Positions 58,601-64,000 of a stretch of DNA of 64,000 nucleotides are shown piece by piece (position 1 is the stretch's first letter; each line of letters begins with the position of its first letter). The stretch covers positions 62,001-126,000 of the forward strand of contig JBECUI020000037.1 in assembly GCA_040954595.2 (NCBI GenBank), in the 5' to 3' direction. A program made the translations under genes and the position numbers. A model generated the notes under the pieces. It saw only the letters and a program-made list of their open reading frames with translations, had not been told where the DNA came from and made no database searches. The DNA is from Balanoglossus misakiensis. Taxonomy: Eukaryota; Animalia; Hemichordata.

Positions 58601-61600
58601 TCATACGATCAACCGATGCGGTAGACAATACTGCGACCACGACCTTGACGATAACAATTGACACCGTAACATCAGCACCGGTGGTAACATCACATAGTAA
58701 CGGTGATACCGAAAACACCACTACACCGACTATTTCAGGAACCGCGGAAGCAGGTGCAGTTGTAGAAATATCGGAGAATGGAACGGTATTAAATGGATCA
58801 ACAGCCGCTGCAGACGGGAGTTGGACTATGATCATATCACTAACCGAAGCAGAACATGATATAAGCATAGAGGCAAGAGATGCGGTTGGAAACAGTGCTT
58901 CGTCTCAGTTCGTTCTTATTATTGACATTTCAACCACTGCCCCGATTATTACTTCGCATACGAACAATGAACGGGTCGCAAGCACTACCCTGACCATTAG
59001 TGGAAGCGCCGAATCTGGTGCTCAGATAGAAATAGGAGAAGGAAGTACAACACTTGCAACTGGAAGTGCCGATCTTGGAGGTCAGTGGAGTATTACCCTG
59101 ACGCTGTCGGAGGCAGTGCATAGTCTTGTTATAACGGCAGTCGATAGTGTAGGGAATAAGGAAAGTACAACTCTCTCACTCATTATTGATGTCTCCACGC
59201 CGGTTCCGACTGTAACATCACATAGCAACGGAGATACTGAAAACGTTTCCGTGCCGACTATTGCAGGGACCGCGGAAGCAGGAGCAACTGTAGAAATATC
59301 GAAGGGTGGCTCAGTATTAAATGAAGCAACAGTCGCCGCAAACGGGAGTTGGAGCATGTCTGTTATCCTTGCCGATGGCGAGCATAGTCTTACTCTCACG
59401 TCGACCGATACGGTAGACAATACTGCAACCTCGACCCTAACGATAATAATCGACACCGTAACATCAGCACCGGTGGTAACATCACATAGCAATGGTGATA
59501 CCGACAATACCACAACCCCGACTATTTCAGGGACAGCGGAAGCAGGTGCAGTTGTAGAAATATCGGAGGGTGGAACGGCATTGAATGAAACAACAGTTGC
59601 TGCAGACGGGAGCTGGAGTATGTCGGTAATACTCATTGATGGTGAGCATAGTTTTACTCTCACGGCAACCGATGCGGTAGACAATACTGCAACCTCGACC
59701 CTGACAATAACAATCGACACCGTAACATCAGCACCGGTGGTAACATCACATAATAATGGTGATACCGAAAATACTGCTACACCGACTATTTCAGGGACCG
59801 CGGAAGCAGGTGGAACTGTAGAGATATCAGAGGGTGGGACGGCATTAAATGAAGCAACAGTCGCCGCAGACGGGAGCTGGAGTATGTCTGTAACGCTTAT
59901 TGAGGGAACACGTAGTCTGACCATACGAGCAACTGATGCAGTAGATAATACTGCATCAAGCACCTTATCTATGATTGTTGATATTTCCACTCCTATTCCT
60001 ACCATTGTATCGCATACTGATGGGGATTTTATAAATGATGATACGCCTACTATAGAAGGAACAGCGGAAGCAGGTTCCACGGTAGAATTATTTGAAGATA
60101 GTGTTCTTCTTGACACAGTAACTGCATCGGTATCTGGGACATGGAGCATAGCATTGCTTCTATCCGAGGATGAGCATAGCTTTGTAGTACGTGCAACTGA
60201 TCAGGTAGGAAATATTGCCACGGAAACATTTTCTCTTACTGTGGACATAACCATAGGAGCTATTGTTGTTACATCACATACTAATGGAGATTTTATAAAT
60301 GATGATACGCCTACTATAGCAGGAACCGCAGATGTGAATACGGAAATAGGTATTCTGGAGAATGGGAATCTCATTTTTGCGGGTGTTGCTAATACTGGTG
60401 GCAACTGGAGCATTGATACCAGTTTTGAGGATGGAGAACATAATCTGACCATAGTGTCACAAGATAGTGCTGGTAACACGTCGAATACAAGCTTATTATT
60501 GAATGTTGATACGGTTACATTTCCACCGTTTATAACATCACATACTGACAACAGTGCGGTTAATACTCTTACCATTACGTTTATCGGTATGGCGGAATTG
60601 AATTCGGACGTTGAGTTATCGGAAGGAACAACCTTATTAGGTACAGATACGGCCAACAATGTTGGAGACTGGACGGTTACGACAACCTTATCCGAGGGTT
60701 TTCATACTCTTACGATACGTTCTACGGACAGAGCGGGAAATGTTGATACCATGCCGTTTCGTATTACTATAGATATTACCATAGTTGCTCCTGTTATTAC
60801 CGAACCCGAAGAAGGTTCTATTAGCAATACCGCAATACAAACTCTGCTCGGAAGCTCCGAAGAGAATTCAACAGTAACTATTTTTAATGGTGCGACAGCA
60901 CTAGGTGATACTATTTCTGATGCAACAGGAGTATGGGAGATAGACTTAACACTTCTTCCTGCAGACTATACTTTGACAGCACAGGTATCTGACCCTGCAG
61001 GAAATGTTGCAACAGAGGATGTATCGTTTACCGTTTGGTCACCAATGAAACCAATATTAACATCGAATGTTACTAGTCCTACAAACAGTACTGATATAAC
61101 AATGACAGCGACTTTTGGCGTAGATGTTACGCGATTTAGTATATCGGCGTTTCAAGCAAGATTCTTTGGTGATAAAGGAAAACCTGCCGACAATAACCCC
61201 AGTTGGACAGAAAATTCTGGAGCAGATATATCCCTTCAAAATGAAAATGTATTTGGGTCTACTGTTACAGTAGTGAAATTTAATGATCAATACACTAACA
61301 AAAGTGTGGGGGCACATATTCCACTCACCACAGGTGATTGGGATGAAATAACAAACTTTGGGGCTTCATATAGCGGGACTGTTCGGAACGAAACAGGCGC
61401 ACTCGGGGAAGGTGGATTTTTTATGGGGCTACAGAATCATGCTGAAGATAAGCGATATGGTATATATGTTAAGCCAGAGGGAGGATTTGTCCGATTTTTT
61501 GCATCAGACTCAGGAAGTGACTTGGATATAACTTTTGATGGTACTGGAGGACTTCCTACCATACCAGTTGGAAGCTGGTTCTCTTTTGAAATAACCGTTC

Positions 61601-61986
61601 CGCCGAATAAAGGAGATGCTGATCTTATTGTAAATGGACAAGAACTGGTTCAAAAGGTTCATTATGTTATAAACGGAGGAGGAACGGGAACAAAGGTTGC
61701 AATCGGTAGTGGATCCACTGCAGGTGCTAATCGAGTATTCTACGTATACAATTACGGTATTACCATACCACAGGATGAGGGAGACGTAGTGGTAACTAAT
61801 GGAGACGCGCTGGTCGATTCTTTTACAGAGGTTACACCGCAGATCTATACATTTAATGTACTCCCGGCAGGCCAGGGGAGCGTTGGTATCTCGATACCGG
61901 CTGCTGCAGCGGTAAAAAGCGATGAACAAACTGTTGACAGTATTCTATCGGAGACATATACAATAGAGTATGACCCGACACTATAA
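52667..61986 (+). CDS. Giant Ig-repeat lipoprotein adhesin (~3100 aa; 2 FN3, about 28-29 Bap/SiiE-like Ig repeats of ~88 aa, lectin-like tip); two frameshifts near 53680 and 54100; start approximate
   Basis: Lipobox ILTGC. Repeats of TPTIAGTAEAGATVEI...DGSWS...GEH.L...ATD.VGN run through ORFs 52633..53694, 53618..54175 and 54079..61986. Confidence 0.88.
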
Positions 61987-61993
61987 AGGAGAG

Positions 61994-62827
61994 TTAAACG
62001 GTGTTTCTTTTCGGTTGGCGAACAAATGCACCGCGGTGAGCTATGAATAGTATAACAACAAGCATGGTAGATATTACTGTTATGAGAAGTAGAGGGATAT
62101 TATTATATCCGCCATTTATTATTCCGGTGCCCACTTCTTTTCCCAGTACAATGAATACCAATAGCATGACGCTAGTTGAATGGAGTTTCGTTCGTATTGC
62201 TGCTATAACGTAGTTTATACAGGCAACGCCTGCAATAATTTGCAGTATTATATGTATGCCCTGTCTCCATCCAATTCGATATAAGAATCCGGCCGTCATT
62301 TTACCGGTATCGATAGGCATAATGTATGTAATTGCCATAGAGGCAAGTACAAGAACCGAAAGCAAAATGCCTGTATTGCTTTTTGGACTCTCCAGTGCGA
62401 AGGTACTGGAAACAAAGAGGCATGCAATGCCGGCGATATAGCCGAAGTATACAATATGGGAAAGAAGGTAGGTATAACTACGTGCAATGGGCAAAACAGT
62501 TGTCCATACAACAAACAATCGTCCGATGTCGAATACACCCGAGAACAAATATAAACAGAAAAAGGAAAGAAATATTGTTTTGGGAGTTTCCCAGCTTTTT
62601 AGAAACCAAGGGATCGCAAGGACCGGCAGGGCAGCTTGAAAGGCGATATACAATGTATTTATTAGAATGAGTGATGATACATCAATAACTGCATCATGGA
62701 GTTCATTGGTCAGAAGAGGGAAAAATATTTCCCATTGCCACAGAAAAAATAATAAACTACCAATAATAAAAAAGATTGAGATAAGTAAAAGAGAAAGCAG
62801 TAAATGTTGTTTTAGTATGCCTACCAT
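61994..62827 (-). CDS. Hypothetical multi-pass membrane protein
   Basis: 277-aa ORF with about 8 hydrophobic segments. Confidence 0.7.
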   Translation of the reverse strand: MVGILKQHLLLSLLLISIFFIIGSLLFFLWQWEIFFPLLTNELHDAVIDVSSLILINTLYIAFQAALPVLAIPWFLKSWETPKTIFLSFFCLYLFSGVFDIGRLFVVWTTVLPIARSYTYLLSHIVYFGYIAGIACLFVSSTFALESPKSNTGILLSVLVLASMAITYIMPIDTGKMTAGFLYRIGWRQGIHIILQIIAGVACINYVIAAIRTKLHSTSVMLLVFIVLGKEVGTGIINGGYNNIPLLLITVISTMLVVILFIAHRGAFVRQPKRNTV

Positions 62828-62912
62828 CTGGCAAATAATTATCCTTGTATGGTGCTAAATATACTATACTTTAACTATAATATATTATACTATAAGTATA
62901 TAGGGGTATATT

Positions 62913-64000
<1,088 letters not shown>

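Noticed and set aside
54210-60659. Long minus-strand ORFs opposite the Ig-repeat adhesin
   Set aside because: Antisense shadows caused by the codon bias of the repetitive Thr/Ser/Ala-rich gene.

Overview
Bacterial chromosomal window, most likely from a spirochaete (spirochaete-style lipoboxes, a DUF2259-like gene next to an archaeal/eukaryotic-type proS, about 43% GC by eye). It looks like a long-read assembly with scattered single-base indels. 1-23.1 kb: tandem array of six minus-strand paralogous surface lipoproteins (FN3 domains, Ig-like Big_2, SwmB-like, PKD, then 10-18 DUF285/BspA-like 25-aa repeats). The paralogs are mosaics of one another. 23.6-39.3 kb: two giant plus-strand FN3/Ig lipoproteins with GLUG-like C-terminal domains, the first preceded by a G21 tract. 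A non-coding ~153-bp element sits upstream of every one of these eight lipoprotein genes, always in the same orientation. It forms two tandem arrays (6.4-7.2 kb and 31.8-32.8 kb) and carries a hairpin core plus a 28-bp 11-6-11 site found in two orientations. This element, together with the mosaic receptor-like genes, is the best candidate for an undescribed system. 39.4-52.5 kb: a 34-aa micro-lipoprotein, sugar ABC transporter parts, VOC, DAACS, 2TM, EamA, AtoE, methyltransferase, esterase, tRNA-Ser, GH3 and XylF-like genes. 52.6-62 kb: a ~3100-aa Ig-repeat lipoprotein adhesin with a lectin-like domain inserted in its last Ig domain. The window ends with a membrane protein, the DUF2259-like gene and the 5' part of proS. 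No recombinase, transposase, reverse transcriptase or cas gene is visible.
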